In this document: positions 26,196 through 39,880 of the stretch, in pieces | Position numbering within the stretch: the first letter of the stretch is position 1 | Layout of the letters: each line of letters opens with the position of its first letter | NCBI GenBank assembly: GCA_017499595.2 | Contig: CM039005.1 | Location: forward strand, 2,728,001 to 2,792,000 | Source of the DNA: Psilocybe cubensis | Taxonomy: Eukaryota | Length of the DNA: 64,000 nucleotides | Direction of reading: 5' to 3' | Program-made: the position numbers and the translations under genes | Notes under the pieces: model-generated | Database searches by the model: none | Told to the model about the DNA's origin: nothing | Seen by the model: the letters and a program-made list of their open reading frames with translations, nothing else

Positions 26196-26405
26196 GCCAA
26201 TCACATCGCTTGCATTTTCTCCTAGTGGAAAATATCTTGCTAGCGGCTGATGGTCTCCTGAACTTCCAATATGCTAGTATTGACAGACCTTCGTTGATCA
26301 GGAATTTCGCAGCGAACAATTTGGGACTTAGAGAAGAGACGGGTCTTGGAGACGTCCCCTCAGAGCTACTATGAAAGGTCTGAAATCTCGACTATTTGTT
26401 GGGTC
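26196..26405 (+). pseudogene. Truncated copy of the first WD40 exons (cf. ~36423-36633)
   Basis: ccaatcacatcgcttgcattttctcctagtggaaaatatcttgctagcggc..tctcgactatttgttgggtca matches the WD40 gene. Start region missing. Confidence 0.8.
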
Positions 26406-27385
26406 AATCGGACCAATACAGCGAACACAAAGTAAATGACTACGAGGCCAACTCTGCCGTAACACCTCAATCTAACTGTCCGAACCCAATAACCATATCA
26501 TCACCATCCTCCAACTCAGAGAGACCGGCAATTTGGAGGACCGGGCATTCTTGTTGGTTTACAGTCATTGAGCAGCAGAAACGAGGGATGGGTGACGGTG
26601 CTTACAAGGTTGAAAGGGATGGGAGGATGGGGATGGAGTGTGGCAGGCGAAGGCAGGCGGATTTGAGCGAATGTCGTACTCGGTGGCGTCCCTGTCAAGG
26701 CACTCGCATCGCACGCTGCAGTTGAGATCTTGTTAGCATGCGGTACAGACTCCACAGTCACCGTGAAAAAGAGAGCGCAAACGTCAAAATACTCGTCGGG
26801 TAACGTCGCAGAGAGGCAGAAACGTCGAAGAAAGGTCATAGGTCATAATTTAGGCACGAACATCTTGCATATGCTTCGAGTACAAAACAGCTTCCTCGAC
26901 CACGACAAAAGTCTACCGTTGGCTTGGCCGTTGCGCGGTCAACAGATGGAGTAGTATGCCCGACGAGGAAATCGTTATGCCGCCAAAAATTCGGCTGGGA
27001 ATGGGGCAAGACTTCAAAACGGCTGCGCGGATTGTCCTGAATGTACCATGAATGAGAGAATGGACATAAACGGGGCAAAGTACCATGATACTAGGGTTGA
27101 TCATCCGAAACTGCCAAGATTGTGGGCCCCTGTTGTGGTCAATATTATATAGGCAAGTACGGGTCCAATGGTTAGTTGTTGTGGTGATTTTACGGACCCT
27201 AAAAAGATTACTCACCGATTTCATTCGGTAACCTGACAGACCTGTCAACTTTCAGGCTCCAATGGGGCTCTCAACTCCCTTACAGGTTTGAATGCAGAGT
27301 GTCGTGAGGACATTCTGCTGGATCTCACTGGATCAGGATGAAGGGAACCCTTTTTATAGTTATTTATCCCGGTTTTTGAGTCTAA

Positions 27386-28630
27386 CTAATCGTACATGAA
27401 CCAGACGTTGGCGGGTCTGAGAACATCGACCTGGTCAGATTCTTCCAGTGTATGGTAAACGTACGCCGCAAAAGCAGGTAAGGTTAATTCTTGATCTCTG
27501 AGTTGTCGGATTAAATCGGAGCTTTCTCTGTCGTTAGTAAAAAAACCATTCGGTTTGAGGAGCTGCGTCGGCCAGTAACTGCATAGTTTCTCTACGGCGA
27601 GAGTATGTGTTGAGCAGAGAAGTCTAGTAAGTGCTGTGAAGTCTAGCCACGCTGCATGTACGAATCTTTCCTTGGGAGCTTCCAGCAGATAAGCTAAGAA
27701 TTTCAGGGCCAGGATAATTCTCCTGTATTCAATGGAAAGAACACCCGTTTTGGTAAACAAGGGTGCCCTCATACACATCGGCCCTAGGCCCTAAACTCTT
27801 CTAAGGCATGTAGTTTGTTCGTCTTCCGGGAGTCTGATTGTATGAGGGTCAAACCCGGGCCATGGAGAGTTGCAGATCTAGTTTGGGCCAGATCGTCGCA
27901 AAGACGGAGTCTAGGATAAAGAAAGATGTGATTCCGTTGTGCGCGGCTATGGCCTTAGCGACGTAGTGGTCGATAAAGATGTTTTTCTTCGTCGAGTTAA
28001 AGGTGTAACCGACGTGCTTAAATGAGGCCACGGGTTCTATAGGTTCGTCGTACACCAGGAGATGAGGAAACGACTCGGGTAATGGGCCAAAGATCATAAA
28101 CTTGGTTTTGATACGTTTAGCTTCAGAAAGTTCCTTTTTCCTCATATGTGCGCGACGTAGTTCAGTTTTCTGCCATTGCGCCTGATCTCCAGTGCTCCAG
28201 TAAGGCCATGTCATCCGCAAGTAATAAGTGAGTGATCGCTGTCAGGGCCAGGGTGACATCATTTGATGAAGACAGTGGGGAGTAATCCGGTGCGTAGAAC
28301 GTAAAGAGATCAGGAGAGAACTTGTCGCCGGCCAAGATTCCCATAACGCTCAGAAAACGTCAGGAGTTTATCTACTGCACATCTGATAGGCCAACCACGA
28401 TTGTTAGTATGCTTGTGTTGCTTGATAGAAAATCGCCGTCAACCTTAGAATAAAGACACAGTTTGCTGTTCGGATGCCTTCTCGGAAGCCATTTTGAGTG
28501 AGGCTCTGGGAACGCATTCGTCAGCGACGACCGTTTACGAAATCTATTTCCAAGCTTTTGTCAGACTTGTAATGATATAGACGTGGGCATCTAAATACTG
28601 TGTGGCAATTAGGAGCATCATGGTTTACGC
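27386..28630 (-). mobile_element. Degenerate LINE reverse transcriptase fragment (RT core to C-terminus, internally deleted)
   Basis: IALECCL, QNGFREGIRTANCVFILR, GILAGDKFSPDLF, LLLADDMALL, KTKFMIFG, FKHVGYTF, RAPLFTKTGVLSIEYRRIILAL; frameshifted. Confidence 0.85.
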
Positions 28631-28944
28631 AAGCAGCATTCTAAGGCTATCATGCGATAGCTGTCATCGGTTTCACAGGTGTGCCGGAGATAGATGAGAT
28701 GGGGCTGTGATCAAGTATGCGCAGTGTATGTGTTTGGGTTCGAGTTTGAGGTGTAGTGAACAGTAGCTGGTGTAGGTGCGGGTATAACCTCGCAGCCGCA
28801 CTCGCACTCCTCCTAACCACCTCCACACCCACCGAACTCGCCATGCCCGGTGCCTATACCCGTCTAATGACACAATCCGCAGTCCCTAAACCTAGGTCGT
28901 AAGTAAGAGGGAAAGGATACGAAAAAATACCCTCGAAAAATTGA

Positions 28945-29170
28945 ATCTCGCGTGCCCGACACATCGTATTTTTAGTATAGTCTGGCACACAACTTTCAGA
29001 GCGCAATTTTGATGTAAGCCAATTCGACAGGAATGCTGATTAAGCTGTCCGTTCGAGTAGTATTTGGCCAGATCACTGAGGAGACCATACGCCAACCTCA
29101 CTAGAGAATCAGAGCGTTCCTCGTCGTGAACAAGCTCCAACTTAAGTAGTGAAGAGCAGTCGAGCACGCC
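28945..29170 (-). pseudogene. Captured fragment of the importin-beta1 (Kap95-like) C-terminus
   Basis: DEERSDSLVRLAYGLLSDLAKYYSNGQL, then after a frameshift FLSNWLTSKLRSE..YTKNTMCRARE. Resembles the last HEAT repeats of fungal importin beta (recalled, not searched). Confidence 0.65.
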
Positions 29171-29809
29171 AAAGATGTCGCTAGCACGACTTGCCTGGCG
29201 AGGTGACGCACATGGACGACAATGCTCTCGTCTTTGCTGTGCCGCTCCGCCGCGAAACGGAGGCGAAACAGTTGCAGAAGTAGCCGATGGCGTAACAGCA
29301 GAAGCAGAAGGTGAATAACCAGAGATATTAAGTGAAGCGGCAGCGAACCAGAGATGTCAGTAGGAATTGTTAGTTTTCCGGATAGGAAATGTACTATAGG
29401 AAATTAGGTAGACAGAACGGAAATACCTGTGTAGAACAAGAGGAAGGAAACGGTGTAACGAACGACTTGAGTGAGAATCGTGTGTGTCTAATCGCACAGT
29501 TAGCAAACAGCGGGTACACGACTTACCAGACATGCTTCAACAAAAGTTTTGCGGTGTCTTGTTCACTGAACTGGATCTGCGCTGAATGACTGACCAAATA
29601 TACAACATTGTGAAGAAAATTGAGTTACTTACGGCGAGCCTACGCGCTTAACATCTGTGTTGGCACTGTCTTATCTTCGATTACACCTTACGCACAATAT
29701 CGTTCGGTTTAGCTCCCTGTAGTATTTACATGGTACACTACGCTAGACTGTTTACATGGATTGCTGCGCTAATGTGCTACTTCACCCGCTAGATGTGCAT
29801 GGATGGAAC

Positions 29810-29997
29810 AGAAGAAGAAAGCGTGAGAATATGGCCAGCTCGCCAACAATGTACCGCAGAAGTTCGATGCCGCTCATGCCGTCGCCAAATTGGTGATGCG
29901 CGTGATTGTTGGCACGGCATCAGCGGCAGGAGACTTCTGCTCTGTATCAAGGGGATTTTGTGACGGTGTGACGCCCTTCCTCTTCTCTCTCAACACT
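29810..29997. promoter_or_regulatory. Diverged variant C of the palindromic promoter
   Basis: Arms 29856-29882 (gcagaagttcgatgccgctcatgccgt) and 29914-29940 (acggcatcagcggcaggagacttctgc). Flanking agaagaaagcgtgagaa on the left and cgcccttcctcttctctctc on the right. Confidence 0.6.
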
Positions 29998-30245
29998 CAC
30001 ACCTATGAAGTACGTCGTACGGCATAGATGGTTCGAATAATTCGAATACGAGCTTAACTGTAGTAGCACTTTAGTGTAGACTCTAATACCATAAACTTGG
30101 TGAAGCTAGCTGCGTGCTAGCAATACAATTGTAGTTCAAGTGACATTGTGCAGATAGACCCGGCTCGGGAGGGCAGAGCAAATAGTCGCCGGGTGAGCGA
30201 CACAAAACGGAGGGGAACTACAATTCATATGGATAGTGAATTACA

Positions 30246-30445
30246 CAGAAACATAGGTGCAAATCGTATTTGTATGTGCTACAGGCAGAAAACACGTTCT
30301 ACAGCACATCCGCCGCCTCTTCGCCTGCCAGACCCGTATACGAGCGTCACAAACATAGGTGAGGAGTCATCTTTGCTATTAGTGCAGAAAACTTATTCTA
30401 CAGCATATGTGCCGCCTCATTGCCCTACAGACCTCAATTATTCAA
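30246..30445 (+). repeat. Diverged ~102-bp tandem duplication
   Basis: aaacataggtg..gcagaaaac..ttctacagca..gccgcctc..cagacc occurs twice. Confidence 0.7.
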
Positions 30446-30595
30446 CGAAGCATCCACCTACATTCAAGGATTGAACGTTGAATGCTGCCATAAATTTACG
30501 TTTTGTACGACGCTGCCTACTGTAGGCACCCTCTCTGCGAGCTACCCTCTTTGCATGTTGCCGTTTTTATTTGGATTGCACGATGTCGGGACTTG

Positions 30596-30666
30596 TTATA
30601 AGGGAGATGTTGGCATTGTTTCACAGACAAACTTTTCAGGCGCTCGAATTCTTCATATCCCCCGGT
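30596..30666 (+). pseudogene. Isolated ~70-bp KOW-coding scrap of the Spt5-like family
   Basis: YKGDVGIVSQTNFSGARILHIP. Nearly identical to the reverse complement of ~2157-2228. Confidence 0.8.
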
Positions 30667-31099
30667 GACTGCCAGCATCGAGAGTCATGGTCATGAAATG
30701 CCCCGACCAAACGCGTGCCGTGGTAGCGTATTCAGAAAGAGATTAAGATAGGCTAGCGTATCTTTGTGAGGGGTGGCGTTCACATAGGAAAGAAGGGTTG
30801 GGCTGGACAAAATCGAAGAAGATAGAGCTATATTGTGAGTAAAAGTTGGAGGGTGAGGTACCCACATATCTCAAAAATGGTAACAATGCTATTGAGGTGT
30901 GTGGTCTGAACTCAGGGTGTATCAGTGAATCTTATAAGCTTAACCGATTATACATGACAGTCGATCGAGGCCCTTGTCACTTTTGCTGTAATCCACCACA
31001 ACAGCAAGCCAGAAGAACATGCTGCAATTGTATATGCGCGTGAGCCCGAATATGGCCCAATCCCTTAAAATATAGCCCGACACCCTTGGTTGTAAACAA

Positions 31100-31850
31100 C
31101 ATCACCCACGCAAAGGCGGCATTGGAACAAATCTGGAAGTTGTAGAAAACCGCGATGACAACGCCATAACTTTCCATCTTCAATTAACACGATACGACCC
31201 TAATGCCCCGTTTCATTGACTGTTGGTTCTATATGATGATATCATCGAGGACTCGTATCATAGTCACAGTAATGCCCAAAAACGATGCTGAATAACGACT
31301 TTGTAGCACCTGCCACGAACTTGTCGTTTTCTTGATCCCGGTGAGCGCTATATTCGGCCTAAACCAAAGCAACCCATCTGAGTTTCGACTGCCCTCAACG
31401 GCGTACGTGAATCATACATAGATAAAGTTGAGGTCGAAGATTCGAAAGGCAGCGTGCTCGAAGGATCTCATGCTGCGCTCGGAGGTGAAGATATTGAATG
31501 ATTGGGTGTGGGCAGAGGGGTGCCCCTTCCGGAGTGCTGCTTAGAAAATGCGGGCAAGGCGTAAAGAGGGTCACCATAGCCATACTTAGGCAGCTCCTCC
31601 ACATGTACTCTTAAATCGAAGACTAGTAGGAGTCACGCTGAATGCTATAATCAACAGAGGGGCATTTTCCAAGCAGAAAATTACAATATCGACAGACCTT
31701 CACGACAACCAGGTCGCCACAACAAATACCGCACGTGGATTTTCTTGGAGCCTGGTTGGGTCACCCCTAAATATCCCCATCCTGTATATGACAACAGCCA
31801 TCTCTTTATTATAGTATTGCAGGAAATCATTGCGGAAAATATATCCGCCG
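31100..31850 (-). pseudogene. Possible highly decayed C-terminal part of another Spt5-like gene
   Basis: SGRGTPL..SAA*DPSS..YDSRTP resembles SGSDTPM..LAWDPSSRTP. GRIVLIEDGKLWRCH loosely resembles GLLVVIKGEHCGKFVRRIH. Many stops. Confidence 0.35.
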
Positions 31851-32267
31851 CATCCATCACCAATAAGACAAATTAAAATGAAACATCTGTCAACATGCTT
31901 TCATCTGTGGTGAATACGATCCCTGGTTCGTGCGACTCTTTATCTGGGAGCGGTTGGAACTCGACGCACAATCACTATGTACCGCATTCGAAACTAAAAA
32001 AGAGAGAGAACTCAAAACGGAGGGTAATGAACTCCGTCCGAACTATGAACTTATTCCTCAGCGTCAAAATTTGATTATATACAACAAGACTGTACACTCC
32101 GAATTCTGGACTAATACTCATGTAAAACCGAAGTTCAGTACATCATTTCTAAATCGTTGCATCGTCTGTTCTGTGCAAATTGAATTTGTCAGACGCAGAC
32201 GCATGACCCGTCCCCGCCAATTATTTGGTAGTGCGAATGTCATTGTCTCAATGAGGCCGTTCGCTGA

Positions 32268-33067
32268 CTACACTACCGTTGCCGACGAGGAGGTTGATGT
32301 GGGTGCCGCTCTTGCTGTTCGCGTCACCAAAGCGTCGGCTCGGATTTTTTGCTGCCGGCCTTTCTGAGAAGTGTACTTGAGATGCGAACGTATTAGGTCA
32401 GACACTGGCCAACAGTCTTCGTAAACTTTCAGACGAGAAAATTGCTTTGAGGTCTGAAGGAATTTTAGTCGCCCTTTCAAATCTGATGCATGAAATCACA
32501 ATACCAGGCGTTTGATGTCAGCTATGTTCTCTGGGGTTTGTTTAGAAAAGGGCATCGTCTCATCCAACAGACTGTCAACTCGCGAATGGACAAACGACTG
32601 GAGGTCGCGTCAGATCATTGGAAAACATCGTTGATATACCAAATGATTTATACCTTGAGCTCCATGTAGTCTCGCTTATTCCAACCTAATTGTTTTTCAA
32701 GATTATATCCACCACGACGAGGACGACCGACTTCGCCATCAGGTTTTGGAATGAGCCCAGTGCTGAAAGGCTGTTTGAAAGACTGTTGTGCGGAAGAAAG
32801 GTTCGTCATTGAAGTTGGTGGAGTAGCTGATGGAAGAGTATGGAGAATAGGATCATTATCTGGCTCAGGTGCGAATTGTACACAAGTACGAGGACTATTC
32901 TTGCACGGGCCTGCTAGAATCTCACTGAAACCAATTTCTTGCTGTGATATCAAATAGGTGGAGGGTTGGACGGGAAGCGCTGTCCGAGCAATAAGGCTAG
33001 TTTCATTGGCACAAGGGCTGTCTGGTGCATAGAAAGGAGGAATGGGTTTAAAAGCATTGGTGGACAT
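32268..33067 (-). CDS. Paralogous stand-alone IPKPxGEVGRPRRGGYNL...YEDCWP domain protein (3 exons)
   Basis: MSTNAFKPIPPFYA..LIPKPDGEVGRPRRGGYNLEKQLGW..|SFVHSRVDSLLDE..|..FSRLKVYEDCWPVSDLIRSHLKY. Same exon layout as 25352-26081. Confidence 0.75.
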
Positions 33068-34134
33068 TTAGGAGGAGAGACTTAGACATGCACTCGACGC
33101 ACGGACACTGAGTACTTCTAGCCCGCGCATTGACCTCGCTTATAAAATCGTCCGAGGTTCAGTGCGAACAAAGGGCCTCGAGGCCAGATTAAACCTCTTG
33201 GAAACTATTCAAATTGCTAAATCATGTTCAATTCACGGCCCGGTCAATCGATAGAGACTATGGAGCACGTGCTATTCGTAAATGTCCACGGAAAGAAAGG
33301 TGGTGTGGTCATCACTGGCGAAAGAACTTTGGGATCTTAGGAAAGACACCTGCGAAACTGAATGGCCAGCCACCTCCACATGGTCCCGGATAGCGGCAGA
33401 CAAGGCTATCTTCAAGTCACTGTTGAATAGACTCCAAACCGACAACGTCCACAGAGTCGGCGTACTATTTGATATGGAAAACTCAATATGACAGGGTCAT
33501 CAATCGCAATGGCGGACCCTCCGCCTATTCATTGAAGGAATGCATCAACACCTCAAACTGGAAGTCACGATGTGTAACCTGAAATACGGACAAAGGTCAC
33601 AAGTGCATGGCTGGTACCGGAAACTTGGCGAGGAACGATAAAATACGAGGCAAATTCCCATGCGAGTGGATGAGGAACAGCAGAGGAGTTTTAGTGGGTA
33701 TTGATCCAGCAAAGGATAATGGCAGAACGAGGAGGTTACTCACCACCCGTCCATCACCTAACCCTATAGCTATCCACCTGATATAGGGCTGGACTAGAGT
33801 GCTTTCGGTATGGTGGCTACTTGTCGCCGCCGACGAGCCGAAAATGCTCCACCAAAAAAAACAATCAGCTCATCCGACGATGGTTGGCTTTGACTACCCC
33901 AAAGGTTTCACTTATTATTCCTGCCTCAACAGCTCATAGGTGCATTGTTTGATGTGGGCACCTATATGATTAATTCATTGAATGCGTGAAATAGGAATAT
34001 ATGATGATATTTGTTGTAAGTTAATAATTTCTTGCATTCTTCATTCTTCTTCTTTCATTTGATGATATCGCATTCTTGCACCCATCATACCGAGGTCTCC
34101 AACTGAGAAATTATAGCAACACAATTAGCTATTT

Positions 34135-36129
34135 TTAGGAGGCTCCAGAGTCTTCAGAGTCACTGTCTGAAGAGTGAATATATTTGTCATCAGTTTGTTG
34201 ACGAATCAATGCCAAATGTCGTCCTTGCTTATAATCAGTCATAATGTCGCGAACGCTGCGTGTCGTCTGATATTCCAGATGAATAAACATAAAATATGGT
34301 TTAGGGGATTTAAATACCGTCGATTTAGAGGATGACCGGTGGTATACGAAATACACCGAGCGATCGTCGTGTTCTTCCAAAATGCCAGGGTTTGGGGCCA
34401 AGGTAAGATGTCCATTCTCCTTCATGTCATCATAGACGTAAACGTCGTTTTCCAATCGAAGCTGTGCAGTGAAATGGTTGTTAGAAAAAAGGATTCGCCC
34501 AACCAAGGTGTATGTCACTTGATCGGGAGATTGCGAGTCGGAAACTGTGAATGATTTTGTAAATTGTAGAAGCCGTGAATCATATGCGTATTCGGCTTGG
34601 AGGGTCAACACCCGCGGCCATAAAGTGGTGATGCTGGTTAGGTTGCAATCAAATGTACAAGCTGCATCACAACATTTGATATCTTTCTGAAGGTGAAGCG
34701 GATTGGTATGTATTACTCCATTGGCCTCAGTTATTTGCTCTATCGGAATATGTCGCAAAAAATAGGTTGTTAGGGTGGATGAGCCAAATCCAGTGTCCTG
34801 AGATAGAATGGATTGTAAATGGTATATTGGAACAGGCACTAGGGGTGCATTGGACGAGAAGGAGTCCTTGGTGTGTCCGGCAGCGCAAGTCCAACTCAGT
34901 AAACTGTAAAGGCCAAAATATTGCTTAGTTTCAATTGAGGGATCGCCATCCTGAAACGTATCAGCGTAGTAATCGGATAAGAGAATGACAAAAAAAATAC
35001 CATTACTGCTTCTCTAAGCCATGATGTACACGACCCGAAGGCATCAGGGCTTGTGTATAATTTCCATTTATGAAAGATGGAATATCTCGTCACTTGCTGC
35101 ATCTTCTCCAAATTAAGAGTTAAAAACGACGCTTCAGTAAACAAACAAATTGCCTTCTGGCGCGATTTAAAGTGAAGTACAAGGCAGGCGAGAAAACAGT
35201 CAGTGGGTTCCGTGTTATTGAACTGGTTCACTGTGTGGGATCCCCAGAGGTCAAAAGCACGAAACCATAGTTCAAGTCCATGATCAAAGAAACAAGAGTT
35301 CGGAGCGCTCCAGGCATACGATTTGAGAGCGCTCACGTTGCTTTGGCCCCGGTCATGGACTCCATTTAGTTGGTGAGTAGTATCAACGTGTGTAGACCTT
35401 GACCTTATAACAAGTGGTCTTAAGTCATTGACCCTATGACGTTTGCGCCTCGCCAAATACGTGAAACGGGCGCGTACCAATTCCTCAATCGGCCAACAAT
35501 TTTCATAATTGATCAAATGAGGATATTTCTGCGTGGTCTGGGGATTTCTTAGTCGCGACACTCCATGATATTAATTTATCAAGATACTGTACCAGGTGTT
35601 TGATATCATCCAGCCTGTCAGCGGGTTGCTCAGAGAAAGGCTTTGTTGCATCCAGAACGTTTGCAACGTGTTCGTTGACCAAGGTCTGCCCAGAATAACA
35701 TCAGACTTCGTTCTAAAGTATGACGGAACATATAATATTGAATTCACATACCTTTAGCGCATTAAAATCCTTTTTCTCCCACCCAAGCTCTTGTTCAACA
35801 CTGAATCCACCGCGGCGAGGAGAACCCATCTCTCCCGCAGGCCGTGGAACAAGGAGACTGGTCCTTGCAATCGCAGGGGTCAATTCCCGACGATATGGGG
35901 CTGGTCGTGGAGGCTTAGCAGCGGCGTCAGGTGGGGTCCGGCGCACAGGGGGAAGGATATCGATATCCTCGGGTGGTCGGTGGGGAACCTGGCTAAGTCC
36001 TATTTCGTGTTGTGACATTAAATGATTGCCATTGTCGGTGGGTAGCTCGGTCAAAGCAAGTAGTGTGCCCTTATCAGCGCGGAGGCTACCAAGGGCATAG
36101 AAGGGAGGAATAGATTTGAAGGTCTGCAT
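34135..36129 (-). CDS. USP-like (papain-fold) cysteine protease / putative deubiquitinase fused to the PxPxGE...CWP domain, ~5 exons
   Basis: Cys box YAWSAPNSCFFDHGLE, His/Asp box YTLVGRILFSNNHFTAQL..VYVYDDM, and possible Zn ligands (WTCAAGH, KCCDAAC). Canonical introns keep the frame. Confidence 0.7.
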
Positions 36130-36344
36130 CGCATGAGCGTGTACTGGGATGCGGGCAATCGTGTAGGTGAGACTCTTGCCGAAAAGCATGCTTATAAATT
36201 CTTCGGTAGTAAAAGCCAAAAATGATAACAAAGGGGCCTCAAGGTCAGGCTGAAGCGCCATGATACCATGCGCCGTCGAGTGATCGTCTTCCTATCTACC
36301 ACCACTTGCCTTCTACACCTCAGCCCAAGCTATCCACAACCTCA

Positions 36345-38378
36345 ATGCCTTTTTCTTTCAACATTTGGCCATTTTCTATGAGCCGCCAAAGGTTTCTTGT
36401 GTCGCTGCGGGACCAAAAGGGCCCAATCACGTCACTTGCATTTTCTCCTAGTGGAAAATATCTTGCTAGCGGCGGTTGGTCTCTCCTGAACTTCCAATAT
36501 GCTAGTGTTGACCGACCTTCGTTGATCAGGAATTTCGCAACTAACAATTTGGGACTTGGAGAAGAGACGGGTCTTGGAGACGTCCCCTCAGAGCTACTAT
36601 GAAAGGTCTGAAATCTCGACTATTTGTTGGGTCACACGGACCAAGGAAGGCTTTGATATCTTGAGCTACGGTAATGCAAAGGGATTCTTGGTCTTTTTAA
36701 TTCATCGTCCATCGCAGGTACGTGGAAACATGGTCATATACTATCAAACACACTGATTCAATTTGATAGGATCGCTTCGATGTTCTGCATGCCGCTCGCG
36801 TAGCTCTAGGCGGCGAGATTACGTGCATCGCTGTTAAGGCGGAATCTTCCAATGTAGAAATCAGCCGTATTGCTCTGGGGACAAGAGATAAGTGCATCAT
36901 GGTCTTTACCTTCAATCCGACGACCAAAGAGTTGGTTCCCATACACTCCATTACCTACGGAGACGGGCAAGGCACAATCCCTAAAGCAATGGCATTTGAC
37001 AACAATACGAGGGCCGACTTGTACGTCTTTGGACTTTACGATGGAGGGCTTTACCGTTACGATGGCAAGGATATGTCCGAAATCTCCAAGCATCAGTTAG
37101 GATCACAAATGTGAGTGTGGATTTACCTTAATGAACTGTATTGTCTAATGAAATTTTATAATCGAGTGGGAATGCTGTGATCGACATCGAAAGAAAAATT
37201 TGCGTCATTGACAACGTCAGAAATGGTTTTTCTGTGTATCAGGTGGATTCGGGAAGTTTCGTACGAGATTTAACAACCCGAGACGCTAAACACACATTTC
37301 CCAAGCAAGTTGCGTTGGGAAACGATTCGGGCTTGGTAATAGGGGGGAGTGACCACGGCCTGATATATATATTTGAGCGGGATACGGGCAAATGTTTAAA
37401 GGCTTTCAAGCATGGGCGTACGAGGGGAGTCGAAACTATTGCGGTAAGATTGTCAACCAATAACACACTAACAATAAACCCTGAACTAACCTGCGACCAG
37501 TCACACGATAACAACGATGGAACCATTACAATCGCCTCCGCCTCTTCGTCAGTTTCGGTCAACGATCAACAGGCGTTACACATCTGGCAGTGGAACACCA
37601 ACAAGACTGATTACAGAGGATGGTCCCTGAAAGAAGTATTCGAATTCTTCTGGAAACTGACGTTGATCTTTTTACTGGCATACGGCATCCGCCTCTTGCA
37701 TATCAGCGTGTCCTCTGGCAAAGAGCTAATGTACCCAAGTTTACGTCAGAACGACGGCAATACTGGAGAAGGACACGCACAGGGAACTGTCAAGCCCTCC
37801 TTCGTTGCGAATACAGGTGGAACAGCCGATCGAGCCTATATGAAAGATGGTGATGAGTACAGCGAGAAACTTGATGACTCGGAGTATGAAAGCTGCCAAC
37901 CGCAAAGAACTCGTCATACGAGAGCAGAGCGCAGTGTTAGGGATCGAAATGAACAACTGGAGGAAGACCGCAACGAAAAAGGCAATGGTCACCGTTTTAA
38001 AGAAGGCCAGCGTTCGAGGAAGGCAGCCAGTCGTGTTTGGAACGAGGAACAAGATACTGATGATGCAAACGAAGACGATGGTCTGTATCTTAGATTTGTT
38101 CAGACAATTTTATAACAAACGCACCTTGACTCTGCACAGACATCGAACTTCCGGAAGGAAGACGCCAAGCAATCGTCAACAAGGACAAGGCAGTTGGCAA
38201 GAGTGACAATGAAGAGACCAGAAACACGAACATCCCCAGGAAGCATATGAAAAAAAAATCGAAAAAACTGGAGCATCCTATCAGAGATGAGGACTTCTAT
38301 GAGAGCAAGGACAGACGATCGGGGGTAGCAGAGAATATCGAGAAATACACGAAGGATTTAATGATTAGAGAGGATTAA
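36345..38378 (+). CDS. WD40-repeat protein with a predicted TM helix and charged C-terminal tail
   Basis: QKGPITSLAFSPSGKYLASG|GISQLTIWDL, VIGGSDHGLIYIFERDTG, LHIWQW; hydrophobic FFWKLTLIFLLAYGI; GT-AG introns. Divergent from the protease gene. Confidence 0.8.
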
Positions 38379-38800
38379 CGGTGTACGTCAACAAAAACTT
38401 CGATCTTTGTACGACATTATAGTGAACACAATTTAAGCAACAAACCGGGATGTTACAGAATGCTTGCAATTACCGGACAGTTAAGCTAAGGTAGATACAG
38501 GCGTGATGTGGTTATATGAATAAGACTTGAGGTGAAGAAAAGATTGAGCAACAAACAATGAAGAAAAGGGATAGTTATGCATGCCATGGATGAGGATACC
38601 AATATCGGGGCACTTTGCAGTAGGAGAAAACGGAAATTACACGATCTGAGGGGTAAAGCGGCTCGTTCTCGGAGAGAATGGGAATAATAGGAGACAGCAT
38701 TGAAAGGATCTGACAATAATGAGCTGAAGCCAAGAGTCTGAGTGAAGGTGGGTGAAACTTACCAAAAGGAAAGGCCTGTCATCCAGAGATTGTTTAGTCG

Positions 38801-39617
38801 GGCGCAGAGGATCTTTGAACACTGGCGACACGGTGATAAATTGGAAAGACTTACAGAGACTGCGTTCATATCACAGTCGAAGGCCCAAGGAACACGAGAG
38901 TGTTTATTGTCGCTTCAGAGACGCAAACAAGCATTTCGAGAGACGTCGTCAATTGCAGAGAGATTGCTTATACTGAGCGCGTTCGTTCCGAGTCAGAAAG
39001 GTGCAACGAGCCGGCCCTGTTGTCTCCCGCGAGAGCACTTATGAACGGGTACCAACTGAATGGATACATTTCAGCGAAGCAAACATGAAAGATATTTCGA
39101 GAAACGCGTACCTGATAACCCGAACTGTTTCGAAGAACTCCTCTGCGTCTTGGGCGCGGGCATCCGGGGACAATAACGAAGCAGGCAGACTCGTTGATCC
39201 TGATGTTGTCGCACCTCAAATGGTTATGCGAGTGCAGCCAGACTCAGAGTTGACCTGGCTAGAACAAACTCGCAGTGTCGGGGATGTATAGATTATACCA
39301 TGTCTGGATTTCGAACGAGCGTCAATATTATTAGCCTACAAAGATAATTTATAGCACTTACGGGTTCTCCTATTTGGTATACAACGGTGGGCGGATTTGC
39401 TGGAGCGCGAGCGCGCGGGCGGGATGTCTGAGTAACCCTACTGTGGTGGTCAGAAGAGAGAGAGAAGAAAGCGTGAGAACTTGTCAACAGCGTTATGATA
39501 TCCCACTCAAAATTTGATGCCGCTCTGCCGGACACAGATCACCACCGGCTTGAGCGGCTTGAAATTTCCGACGGTACATATTGCGGTGCCAGACATGATG
39601 GATCGCTTTCCTTCTCA
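38801..39617 (-). repeat. Variant A promoter plus leader, 817-bp inverted copy of 3404-4220
   Basis: Near-identical reverse complement. Palindrome at 39510-39567. The F-box gene starts ~260 bp to the right. Confidence 0.95.
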
Positions 39618-39880
39618 ACAACGACAAGATCTAACAAGGTTCACCTTCACCGTTTAGCAAGTTCGCGTTTTCTTGTGAGTCCCGACAAATGCAAGCATCA
39701 AAATCAAACAATGACCTTACCCAACTAGAACATTTCACACTTTCTTTTAATACTCTACTTTTTCTCAAGGGCCTCAACCTATCAAGGTCGGCCTCAGATC
39801 TAGTCACGCAATTAATTTACTGAAAACACATATCGAACCTTTTTTCCCCTCAGAAACCTATATCTAACACAGTGAACAGC

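Noticed and set aside
21140-28630. One LINE split by an insertion
   Set aside because: Both fragments contain the IAL.CC/GFREG region and their order on the minus strand is not collinear, so they are separate relics.
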